Positions 8,036-17,550 are shown, numbered from the stretch's first letter. The stretch is DNA of 32,000 nt from Massilicoli timonensis (GCF_900199515.1 NZ_LT963434.1:1772180-1804179), one strand, 5' to 3'. Notes: a model not told the origin generated them from the sequence alone. Numbers and translations: made by a program.

Positions 8036-9262
8036 ATGTGTTTTGAGTTGGATTGTGCATCAGCAATGTTTGTGCTGGGGAGAAGCGATAAACGAAATTA
8101 TCTGATACGGTTATCCGTGTCATTATATCAGCCTATTGATTCAGAGGTTCTTCAGGCTGCACTGGATAAGGCTGCTCAGAGATATTCCTTCTTTTTTATA
8201 TGTTTCAGAAGTGAAGGAAACCGATTGCTGGCGGAACAGGCAAAAGGCATACCTAAGGTCAGAGAAGAAGAACAAGTCTCCTGCCTGGAACTGTGGAAAG
8301 GTCATGAGAACTGTGAAGCAAAGGTTACTTACACTGATAAAACAATTTTTTTTGATTATTTTCATGGTGTGTCAGATGGGAAAGGCGGGATGGAATTTCT
8401 GCGGTATCTCACAGTGCAATATCTGGCTCTAAAATACCATGATAACAGCATCAAAGAAGGAATTTTTGTGAATCCAATTCAACAGCAGAAAGAAGACGGT
8501 TATCGGAAATATGCGAAAGGATTCAAAATAGGAAAATCCCATGGGGCTGCTTACCGGATAAAGGGTACTCCAGGACCAATGAAAATCAGCATGTATCATT
8601 TGTCTGTTGATGGTATGAAACAAATTGCAAAACGATATGGTGTCAGCATTACAGAACTTGTGACTGCATTACTTTGTATTGCCGTTTCAAATATTCAAAG
8701 GGAGAATCATAAAAGCTACAGGCAAAAGAAAATAAGATTGCTGGTACCTGTAAATCTCCGCACATACTTTCCCAGTAACACCATGAGGAATTTTACTTTG
8801 AATGTCCGACCAGAAATCGATCCGGAGAAAGCGTTGGACTTATCTGCAATATGCGGGGAGATACATCAATACATGGAAAAAGCAGTAGAACCAAAGAAAT
8901 TAGCAGGCCAGTGTGCAGCGGCAGTTAAATTATATAATTGTAGTCTTGTAAAAATGCTGCCTGTATCTGCGAAAAAGCGTTTGGTGCAAACCGCTCTGGA
9001 TGTATCAACAGCGGGCTGCACCATGACGTTTTCCAATATGGGAGTTATTGATTTACCAGAGAAGATGAGCACATATATTTCGGATTTTGGAATGGCTTTC
9101 AGCGTAAAACCTGAGGTTCCTTATAGCTGCTCTCTAATTTCCATAAAAAATAGAATGTGCCTTACGCTTTTAAGAACGATAAAAGAGCCATTGTTAGAAA
9201 TACAAGTTGAAAAGCTTCTGCATAATCTTATAATCGACTTTGAAAGACAGGAGGTTGAATAA
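8036..9262 (+). CDS. HxxxD-motif acyltransferase (condensation / alcohol-acetyltransferase / WS-DGAT-like superfamily)
   Basis: 408 aa. FHGVSDGKGG matches the catalytic HxxxDG motif of CoA-dependent acyltransferases. Size and position in a lipid cluster fit. Subfamily is uncertain. Confidence 0.6.
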   Translation: MCFELDCASAMFVLGRSDKRNYLIRLSVSLYQPIDSEVLQAALDKAAQRYSFFFICFRSEGNRLLAEQAKGIPKVREEEQVSCLELWKGHENCEAKVTYTDKTIFFDYFHGVSDGKGGMEFLRYLTVQYLALKYHDNSIKEGIFVNPIQQQKEDGYRKYAKGFKIGKSHGAAYRIKGTPGPMKISMYHLSVDGMKQIAKRYGVSITELVTALLCIAVSNIQRENHKSYRQKKIRLLVPVNLRTYFPSNTMRNFTLNVRPEIDPEKALDLSAICGEIHQYMEKAVEPKKLAGQCAAAVKLYNCSLVKMLPVSAKKRLVQTALDVSTAGCTMTFSNMGVIDLPEKMSTYISDFGMAFSVKPEVPYSCSLISIKNRMCLTLLRTIKEPLLEIQVEKLLHNLIIDFERQEVE

Positions 9263-9979
9263 ATGGATGCGTTTTTAGATAAATATATTTTTCCTTATAC
9301 GGGAAAATACTTTGGCCGGGCGTTGAAAACAAGAGATGGATTTCCCATTTATACACGCAATGAAGAAATGTTCAATACCATTTCTCATGCATTGGGAATT
9401 TTTATGGGAATTGGAATGCTTTTTTTCAGTATCTTAAATCACCATTCTGAAATGGGTATGTACGGCGGTATTATCTTCGGTGTTTCCATGATTATTTTGT
9501 ATTTGGCGTCAAGTGTTTATCATGGGACATCGCCGGAAAATGTGAAGGAGAAAAAGATTTTCCGCCTTTTTGACCACTGCTCCATTTTTATTCTGGTTGC
9601 GGGAACATGTTCGCCTTTCATTTTGGATTTGATCGACAATCAGTCCGTTGACATCGAGTGGGCTTTCTATGGGTTATTGTGGATTTTTGCGATTGGTGGA
9701 ATTACGCTCCTATGCATCGACATGAAGAAGTATAAGTCGATTGCAGTTGTTATGTACGTTTTGATGGGAGCTGCGCTTGTCATACGGGCGGATTCGTTTA
9801 TTCAGATAATCGGCAATACCGGAATGTGGCTTCTGCTGGCAGGCGGTGTTGTATATTTAATCGGTTTATTATTCTATGGCCTTGGTTCCAAACGGAAATG
9901 GATGCATTCTGTGTTCCATGTTTTGTGTTTGGTGGGAAGCGTACTGCATTGTGTTTGTGTCGGTGCATTTGTAATTTGA
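9263..9979 (+). CDS. Hemolysin III / PAQR family membrane protein
   Basis: ATG follows the upstream TAA directly (9260-9262), with GGAGG at 9250-9254. It has seven hydrophobic segments with NTISHALG, SSVYHG, FDHCSIF and HVLCLVGSVLH blocks characteristic of PAQR/YplQ. Confidence 0.9.
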   Translation: MDAFLDKYIFPYTGKYFGRALKTRDGFPIYTRNEEMFNTISHALGIFMGIGMLFFSILNHHSEMGMYGGIIFGVSMIILYLASSVYHGTSPENVKEKKIFRLFDHCSIFILVAGTCSPFILDLIDNQSVDIEWAFYGLLWIFAIGGITLLCIDMKKYKSIAVVMYVLMGAALVIRADSFIQIIGNTGMWLLLAGGVVYLIGLLFYGLGSKRKWMHSVFHVLCLVGSVLHCVCVGAFVI

Positions 9980-10064
9980 GTGGTTTTGATTGAAACAATA
10001 AATTCAGTTAGGGAACTGAATTTGATGAAATATCATCATAAATTTGTTGCGAGGAGGGCGTGTG

Positions 10065-10658
10065 ATGGAACCGGAACTGCAAAAGAAAACCAATGAGAAG
10101 AAAAGAATTTTTACTGTACCGAATATGCTCTCCTTGTTTCGGTTATGCCTGATTCCAGCTATCGTCTGGTTTTATATTGTGATACAGAATAGTTTTGCAA
10201 CTGGATGCTTTCTGCTTCTTTCTGGAGCAACCGATTGTTTGGATGGCTTCATTGCCAGACGTTTTTCTATGATCAGTGACCTTGGTAAGATACTGGACCC
10301 CGTTGCAGATAAATTGACACAGGCGGTTATGCTAATCTGCCTGCTGGTCCGTTTCCGCCTGATGGCGTTTCCACTGGCTTTACTTATCATAAGAGATATT
10401 TGTATTGCGGTACTTTGCATCGCGCTTATACGGAACACTGGCATTGTGCCCCAAGCCGTCTGGCATGGGAAAATAGCCACGGCTTTACTGTATGGCACGA
10501 TGGTACTCCATGTGTTTTGGGGTTCGATCCCGCCAGTTGTTTCGACAGCATTCATTGCCGTTTGTACGCTGATGATCGGTGTTTCCCTTGTCCTGTACCT
10601 GACGAAGAATATTAAGCTGTTGCGGCAAAAGGGTAAACCATCCGGTAAAACAAAATGA
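10065..10658 (+). CDS. CDP-alcohol phosphatidyltransferase family protein (PgsA/cardiolipin-synthase type)
   Basis: Trimmed to ATG 10065, 6 nt after GAGGAGGG (10051-10058). DCLDGFIARRFSMISDLGKILDPVADK matches D-x2-DG-x2-AR-x8-G-x3-D-x3-D. Confidence 0.85.
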   Translation: MEPELQKKTNEKKRIFTVPNMLSLFRLCLIPAIVWFYIVIQNSFATGCFLLLSGATDCLDGFIARRFSMISDLGKILDPVADKLTQAVMLICLLVRFRLMAFPLALLIIRDICIAVLCIALIRNTGIVPQAVWHGKIATALLYGTMVLHVFWGSIPPVVSTAFIAVCTLMIGVSLVLYLTKNIKLLRQKGKPSGKTK

Positions 10659-10747
10659 AATACTGAAAGGTATTCAATTTTAAATGCAGCAGAAATCATT
10701 ACGCAATACATTATAAATGCTTATACAAATCAGAAGGAGTGATGAAA

Positions 10748-11420
10748 ATGCGGCTCGGACCGCCGGCAGTGGATTATCGACATTTCAAATTTTCTAAACT
10801 GAATACACCGGAATACCGGCATTTGATATTGTTGCTGTATTGGCCTGCATTCGGCCTCCTTTTTATGGTGGTGGAGCGTTTGTGGATTCGTGAAAGCTAT
10901 TACCCAATTTCCTGTTCTTTAGACAACGCCATCCCGTTTTGCGAATATTTTTTGATTCCATATTTGTTTTGGTTTGCCTTTTTGGTGGGCATTCATCTTT
11001 ATACCCTTTTATATGATGTAGAGTCGTTCAAAAGACTAATGAAGCTTATCATGTTATCTTACTCTGCGGCTATACTCATCTATATGGTATTCCCGAACTG
11101 TCAGGAATTGCGCCCTGTGGCATTTGAACATGACAACCTGCTTACGTGGTTTATAGAAGGTTTTTATCAGTTTGATACCAATACAAATGTGTGTCCCTCT
11201 CTCCATGTAATTGGGTCATCTGCGGTTATGGCGTGCGCATGGCACAGCAGGCATTTTTCTACCAAGGGATGGAGAATGGCATTCTCTAGTGGATATACTT
11301 GTCGCTCTGCCAATCTGTGGGTTTGCCTATTACTTTGCCTATGGGAAAGAAGAAGTAAAAGAAGTTCGAGCGACTGGAGCTAACCTCAAAGAGGTTCATC
11401 AAAAAGGCAGTTCTGCATAA
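10748..11420 (+). pseudogene. PAP2-superfamily phosphatase/phosphotransferase, disrupted (frameshift, probably with a short internal deletion near 11283-11290)
   Basis: AAGGAG at 10734-10739, then ATG 10748. Frame 1 carries the NVCPSLHV (PSxH) motif, then turns into low-complexity readthrough after ...KGWRMAF. The expected last PAP2 motif and C-terminus (HSLVDILVALPICGFAYYFAYGKEE) are in a different frame (track ORF 11211..11420). Only about 27 residues separate the two His motifs. Confidence 0.6.
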
Positions 11421-11424
11421 GAGA

Positions 11425-11547
11425 AAATTATTTTCTCAGGTGGTAAGCAGTTCTGTGGGACTCCCGCCGGTCTATACGTTGATTGCAGTGTTGTTCGGCG
11501 GAAAGCTCTTTGGCATCTCTGGAATTATTTTTTTATGTTTGCTGTAG
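11425..11547 (+). pseudogene. 3'-terminal remnant of an AI-2E family (YhhT/PerM-like) transporter gene
   Basis: Hand translation ...LFSQVVSSSVGLPPVYTLIAVLFGGKLFGISGIIFLCLL*. It resembles the conserved last TM segment of AI-2E transporters. It has no start and no upstream body, so it is an orphan fragment. Confidence 0.4.
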
Positions 11548-11719
11548 TGTTTGATTTTGTTAGGAGAATGTTACCAAACGAATGGAACACTGAAAGTAAA
11601 AATATGTTCGATAGTACGAAAGACATTATGAAAACTATTAAACATATTCAAAGAGGTGATCTTATGGGAAATTAGTTGTACTGGATATATCTGAAACTGG
11701 TAAACAAATCGGTGAAAAA

Positions 11720-12154
11720 TTGCTTCTCCTGCTTAATAAAAAGCAACAAAGGGAACTTATTCAAACCCTTCTTGAAAGTACAGAGAAGATAAAAGTTGAT
11801 GTTCTGTCCTCACATTTAAAGTATAGCTGGCAGCAAGTCAACCCTCTTACCGAAATTCGGGAGGGCGATTTATACGTCTGCTTGGAACAACGACTTGTAA
11901 CTGTTCACGAGCAGGAAATATATTTAACCGTAAAAGAGTTTGACATTCTTGCGTTGCTCATTATGAATCCAAATCGGGTATTTACTTATGAACTTATCAT
12001 GGATTTGGTATGGAATGAGGATTATACCTACTATTCCCGGAAAGCAATCAATAATCATGTAAGTAACCTTCGGAAAAAGTTAAAAGTACGACCAGACGAT
12101 TCCGACTATATCAAAAGCGTTACCGGAATAGGCTATAAATTCGCACTTCCATAA
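11720..12154 (+). CDS. Winged-helix (OmpR/PhoB-type Trans_reg_C) DNA-binding protein without a receiver domain; start uncertain, possibly frameshifted
   Basis: C-terminal LTVKEFDILALLIMNPNRVFTYELIMDLVWNEDYTYYSRKAINNHVSNLRKKLK...IKSVTGIGYKF is an OmpR-type effector domain. The frame is open from 11660. A well-placed SD (GAGGTG 11653-11658) plus ATG 11664 sits one base out of frame: ATGGGAAATTAG. Confidence 0.7.
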   Translation: MLLLLNKKQQRELIQTLLESTEKIKVDVLSSHLKYSWQQVNPLTEIREGDLYVCLEQRLVTVHEQEIYLTVKEFDILALLIMNPNRVFTYELIMDLVWNEDYTYYSRKAINNHVSNLRKKLKVRPDDSDYIKSVTGIGYKFALP

Positions 12155-12157
12155 TAG

Positions 12158-12198
12158 GGCCGTTAGGAAAAAATCTTTCCTAACGGCCTTGTTTTGTT
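12158..12198 (+). terminator. Rho-independent terminator
   Basis: GGCCGTTAGGAAA (12158-12170), loop AAATC, TTTCCTAACGGCC (12176-12188): a 13-bp perfect stem. TTGTTTTGTT follows. It starts 4 nt after the stop at 12154. Confidence 0.8.
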
Positions 12199-12411
12199 AT
12201 ATGTCCTGTTAATAATTGTCGCAATTTGCGATGAGCCTGAACGAAAACAGGATACTTTAGGAAAAATTCAAGCAATCTGTTCCCTATAATCTTTCCTCAA
12301 AGGAGGCTGATTATAATAAAACCTTCTGTGCCTCTTTCGTGGGAAGGGATGTGCGGATGCTGCCAAAAGATACCGGACAGCTAAAATGTTGTGTTTTATA
12401 TAATGCCTTAT

Positions 12412-12449
12412 ATGCCGTAATCCAAGTGATATGGATTGCGGCATTTTTT
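12412..12449 (+). terminator. Intrinsic-terminator-like hairpin inside the leader of the sigma-like gene
   Basis: ATGCCGTAATCCA (12412-12424), loop AGTGATA, TGGATTGCGGCAT (12432-12444). There is one T:G position. A T-run follows to 12449. It is nested within the 12-bp inverted repeat GGGATGTGCGGA (12346-12357) / TCCGCACATCCC (12473-12484). Confidence 0.5.
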
Positions 12450-12632
12450 AACTCGACAAAATTTGATATTTTTCCGCACATCCCGATTCGTCGTGCACTC
12501 GTATTCGTATGGGTGCGCTTTTTTGTGCTCGTTTTTCAGGAATATGGCAGCATTTTTACACGTTGCCGCTCCCCTCCCTCTGATTTCGATTTTGCCAGTA
12601 ACCAACTTAAAAATCGAAATTGGAGGATACCT

Positions 12633-13082
12633 ATGAAAGAGATCAATCTGCGGGATTATTACCCGTTTTATAGAACAGAGACTATTGTGGAAGTACCGGA
12701 CGAAGTGGCTGATTTGCTTTATCAATACAAGCTGAACGAGGCTGCCTATGCCCTGCGTACATACCGACATAAGGCTTATTTCTCACTGGACTATGATGCA
12801 AATGTTGAGCGGGACGCTCTGGTAATTGTTCTGACACCTGCCGATATTTTCGAGCAGAAGGAAGAAAACGAAAAGCTGTATAAAGCTCTGGCCTATTTGC
12901 CAGAGAAACAGCGCAATCGTATTTCTTCACATTTTCTGCTGGGAATGAGCTTATCAGAGATTGCCAAAAGTGAAGGTTCTGCTGTCAGCTCCGTGCATGA
13001 AGGAATACAGCGTGGACTCCGACGTCTGAAAAAAATTTTGGAGAAAATGGAGGAAGCCCCCGAAAATAAGCCTCAAAAATGA
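12633..13082 (+). CDS. Sigma-70 region-4-type (ECF-like) DNA-binding protein of mobile elements
   Basis: Track ORF 12339..13082 trimmed to ATG 12633, 6 nt after GGAGG (12622-12626). The N-terminus MKEINLRDYYPFY... and C-terminal LPEKQRNRISSHFLLGMSLSEIAKSEGSAVSSVHEGIQRGLRRLKKIL form a region-4 HTH. This family commonly sits next to large serine recombinases in Clostridia-type elements. Confidence 0.8.
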   Translation: MKEINLRDYYPFYRTETIVEVPDEVADLLYQYKLNEAAYALRTYRHKAYFSLDYDANVERDALVIVLTPADIFEQKEENEKLYKALAYLPEKQRNRISSHFLLGMSLSEIAKSEGSAVSSVHEGIQRGLRRLKKILEKMEEAPENKPQK

Positions 13083-13649
13083 AATGAATAATAGAGGGAC
13101 ATATTCGGCGGACAAGCCCGATGGGTGCGGCCAGACAGCAATGCTCCGGTCCATCCCAAACTGTGAAATGTCATAACTGCCGTACCCTCGCTGCTCTTTG
13201 ACAACTGAATATACGTTGCTATAGGTACGTCATTCTGTGTTTCGAGCGGCAAATGGGGCGGCGCAATGACAGGCAGCCAGGGAGGTGATGAATCAGGCTG
13301 TCCGAGCGATCAACGTAACTCATTGACCTGGCTGTGGCAGGCTGGGCGCGATGACAGCACAGATCATAATGGTACTTTTTCACAATCCCTCACAGACTTG
13401 AAGGGAAGTCCCTGCGGTGTGCGTTTGCTTTGGCAAAGCGGCGGCATATGCGGGGCTATGATGCGGTGAAGCTAACCGCAGCCTATAGCAACCCCGCTTT
13501 GTATATTCAGAGCTGCCGGGGGGCGTGGCAAATACGGTAAGTAAAATCGAAATCAGATACAATGAGCCGGACTTGTACTTTTTATAGTATGGGTCCGGCC
13601 TATTCATGTGCTTTTGAAAACCCAATAAATTTAAGAAGGAGGCGATTTT

Positions 13650-13829
13650 ATGGGGCGTATCGAAGTTTCAGGTGCAAAGCTGGCGGAACCTTATGCGAAG
13701 CATATCGGGAAAGTGAAATTTCAAGTTACTTCCTTTGGTAATCCCCGAAGCAAGGATTCCCCGCAGAAATTGATTCTGCAAATGCTGGAAACTAAAGTTA
13801 TGGAAGAAAGGATGACTAACAGACCTTAA
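13650..13829 (+). CDS. TnpW-like small transposon protein (59 aa, tentative)
   Basis: Below the track cut-off. AAGGAGG (13636-13642) lies 7 nt before ATG 13650. MGRIEVSGAKLAEPYAKHIGKVKFQVTSFGNPRSKDSPQKLILQMLETKVMEERMTNRP. The pattern k-IG-x-x-x-f-x-V-x-x-F...K-l-i-x-x-l and the position just upstream of the recombinase resemble TnpW of Tn4451-like elements. Confidence 0.45.
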   Translation: MGRIEVSGAKLAEPYAKHIGKVKFQVTSFGNPRSKDSPQKLILQMLETKVMEERMTNRP

Positions 13830-13874
13830 ATTTCCGCAGGCTGCTGTGTTTTCTGTGAGAATGCGATATAATAG

Positions 13875-15810
<1,936 letters not shown>

Positions 15811-15958
15811 AAGTATTTCTGCAGAATATATCCTTGTCTAAAACAGGCACACTCAATATACACGGTGTGTACTAAGTGATAGCCGCAAAATTTGCGACTG
15901 CTATTCCACCATAAAGGAATCGAAAGAATACTGTATTGGTGTCGTCTCCTATTTTGTT

Positions 15959-16019
15959 CTACTCATTCTAACCATCTTATTGACAGTAATGGTTAGAATG
16001 AGTAGAATATGGTTAGAAT
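15959..16019 (+). promoter_or_regulatory. Promoter with overlapping operator: 17-bp perfect inverted repeat plus a third half-site
   Basis: CTACTCATTCTAACCAT (15959-15975) pairs with ATGGTTAGAATGAGTAG (15989-16005). TTGACA (15980-15985) sits in the spacer. A 17-nt gap leads to TAGAAT (16003-16008). ATGGTTAGAAT recurs at 16009-16019. GGGAGG and ATG 16039 follow. Confidence 0.65.
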
Positions 16020-16038
16020 AAAATAGGGAGGCGGTCAA

Positions 16039-17349
16039 ATGATTTTTCAGGAAAGTGAAACGGTTGAACTAAAAGCATTCGTGGTGGAGAATATAAAAAA
16101 AGAAATCATTGCTTTTGCAAATTGCGAAGGCGGGAAGTTGTACGTCGGCGTTCAGGATGATGGAACAGTATTAGGATTGGATAATCCGGATGAAGTTTCT
16201 TTACAAATCAGCAATATGGTTCGGGATTCTATTAAACCGGACTTGACGATGTTTCTCCACTATGAAACATTGACGGTAGACGGAAAGAAAATCGTTGCAG
16301 TCGATGTCCAGCAAGGAACAGAAAGACCGTATTATATTGCAAAAAAAGGTATGCGCCCGGAAGGCGTCTACGTCCGTCAGGGGTATTCCTCCGTTCCGGC
16401 TACCAATACGGCAATCCGGTGCATGATTAAAGAAACAGATGGAGACCGTTTTGAGGAAATGCGGTCTTTGGAACAGAACTTAACATTTGAAATCGCAAAA
16501 AAGACATTTGCGAAACGAAATGTGGCATTTGGAGCTGCACAGATGAAAACACTGGGACTGGTAACGCAGGATGGTGTCTATACCAACTTAGGTCTGCTGC
16601 TTTCAGACCAGTGTGTGCATACAATTAAGGCTGCTGTTTTTCAGGGGACAAATCAAAACGAATTTAAGGATCGGAAAGAATTTACCGGGTCTTTATTTCA
16701 GCAGATGGATGAAGTTTACGATTTTATCGATTTTCGCAATCAAACGCATTCCACTTTTGAGAAACTGTATCGTATTGACAGGCGGGATTATCCTGAAACC
16801 GCAGTAAGAGAGGCCCTTTTGAATCTTTTGGTTCATCGGGAATACTCGTTTCGGGCCAGTTCCTTCATCAGTCTTTATACAGACAGACTGGAATTTACCT
16901 CTATTGGCGGTTTGGTAAATGGTGTAACCTTAAAAGATATAACAATGGGGATATCGGTTTGCCGGAACGTGAAATTGGCAAATATATTTTACCGTTTGGA
17001 ATTGATAGAAGCTTATGGAACAGGGCTTGTAAAAATCATGGATGCCTACGAGGGAACCGGGATGATGCCACGGATTGAAACATCTAATAATGCATTTAAG
17101 ATCATTCTTCCTAATCTAAATGCAATTACAGAATCAGCAAAACCGAAGCAGATCGGTTTAGAAAAAGACATACCGGAAAAGAAAGTGATTGCTTTGACAA
17201 AAGAACAAGGGTTTATTACAAGAAAAGAAGTTGAAATGCTGCTTGATATGGGCCAGTCATCATGCGGACGTTTATTAAAGAAAATGGTAGAGAATGGTTT
17301 GCTTATACAAGGGGGCAAGGGGAAGAATACACGATATAGATTGCCATGA
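16039..17349 (+). CDS. AlbA_2 (Schlafen-type 'divergent AAA') + HATPase_c_4 + C-terminal wHTH protein ('putative ATP-dependent DNA helicase RecG-like transcriptional regulator' family)
   Basis: N-terminal ESETVELKAF...IIAFANCEGGKLYVGVQDDGTVLGL and RPYYIAKKG...YVRQG form the AlbA_2 domain. The middle LLNLLVHREYS...IEAYGTGLVKIM is HATPase_c_4. The C-terminus LTKEQGFITRKEVEMLLDMGQSSCGRLLKKMVENGLLIQGGKGKNTRYRL is a wHTH. Confidence 0.8.
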   Translation: MIFQESETVELKAFVVENIKKEIIAFANCEGGKLYVGVQDDGTVLGLDNPDEVSLQISNMVRDSIKPDLTMFLHYETLTVDGKKIVAVDVQQGTERPYYIAKKGMRPEGVYVRQGYSSVPATNTAIRCMIKETDGDRFEEMRSLEQNLTFEIAKKTFAKRNVAFGAAQMKTLGLVTQDGVYTNLGLLLSDQCVHTIKAAVFQGTNQNEFKDRKEFTGSLFQQMDEVYDFIDFRNQTHSTFEKLYRIDRRDYPETAVREALLNLLVHREYSFRASSFISLYTDRLEFTSIGGLVNGVTLKDITMGISVCRNVKLANIFYRLELIEAYGTGLVKIMDAYEGTGMMPRIETSNNAFKIILPNLNAITESAKPKQIGLEKDIPEKKVIALTKEQGFITRKEVEMLLDMGQSSCGRLLKKMVENGLLIQGGKGKNTRYRLP

Positions 17350-17373
17350 TAAGAACTGAAATTTGGATCGAGT

Positions 17374-17550
17374 TCAAAGTGGTACAATAAATAGAACACT
17401 CCAGAGATTATGAAATACACGTTCTGACAGATGACCTATGAGACCAAGGGCGGTGTACGCCAGCGTGAATCAAGGAGAGGTGTTTGCGCCATCTGCAATA
17501 AAAAACAGGCCGACTTGCATGAATGGGAGATTGGAGAAGTGCTGACTGCG
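17374..17550 (+). repeat. Direct repeat module, copy 2 (follows the AlbA_2 gene), degenerate
   Basis: tcaaaGTGGTACAATAAATAGAACACTCCAGAGATTATGAAATACACGTTCTGACAGATGACCTATGAGACC...GAGATTGGAGAAGTGCTGAC. Relative to copy 1 it carries TGG->TGA (17425-17427) and indels. Confidence 0.85.

Noticed and set aside
9999-10025. Hairpin AATTCAGTT-AGGG-AACTGAATT after the hemolysin-III gene as a terminator splitting the lipid cluster
   Set aside because: It has a 9-bp perfect stem, but only TT plus GATG follows and there is no real U-run. It may be a weak attenuator or processing site. The evidence is not strong enough to call it a feature.
10172-10711. Long antisense ORFs (e.g. 10172..10711 -, 7086..7628 -, 5188..5688 -, 6471..6941 -, 4272..4697 -, 30865..31269 -)
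   Set aside because: Each lies entirely within a well-supported, domain-bearing gene on the + strand. They lack SD sequences and have no recognisable motifs, so they are shadow ORFs.
12339-12632. N-terminal 98 codons of track ORF 12339..13082
   Set aside because: There is no SD. The composition is hydrophobic and low-complexity, and the stretch runs through a terminator-like hairpin. A clean GGAGG plus ATG at 12633 gives the N-terminus (MKEINLRDYYPFY) typical of this sigma-r4 family.
13266-13469. 67-aa ORF inside the GC-rich segment
   Set aside because: It has no SD and a Gly/Ser/Cys/Trp-rich improbable composition. It sits in a region dominated by stem-forming complementarities. It is treated as non-coding or decayed.
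13563-13599. Hairpin starting GAGCCGG..., considered as a group II intron domain V; the upstream GTGCGGCC at 13127 was considered as an intron 5' end
   Set aside because: The hairpin has an 8-nt U-rich loop instead of GNRA. It has no 2-nt bulge and is 37 nt rather than 34 nt. The AGC triad partner is wrong. No RT ORF and no other intron domains are recognisable.
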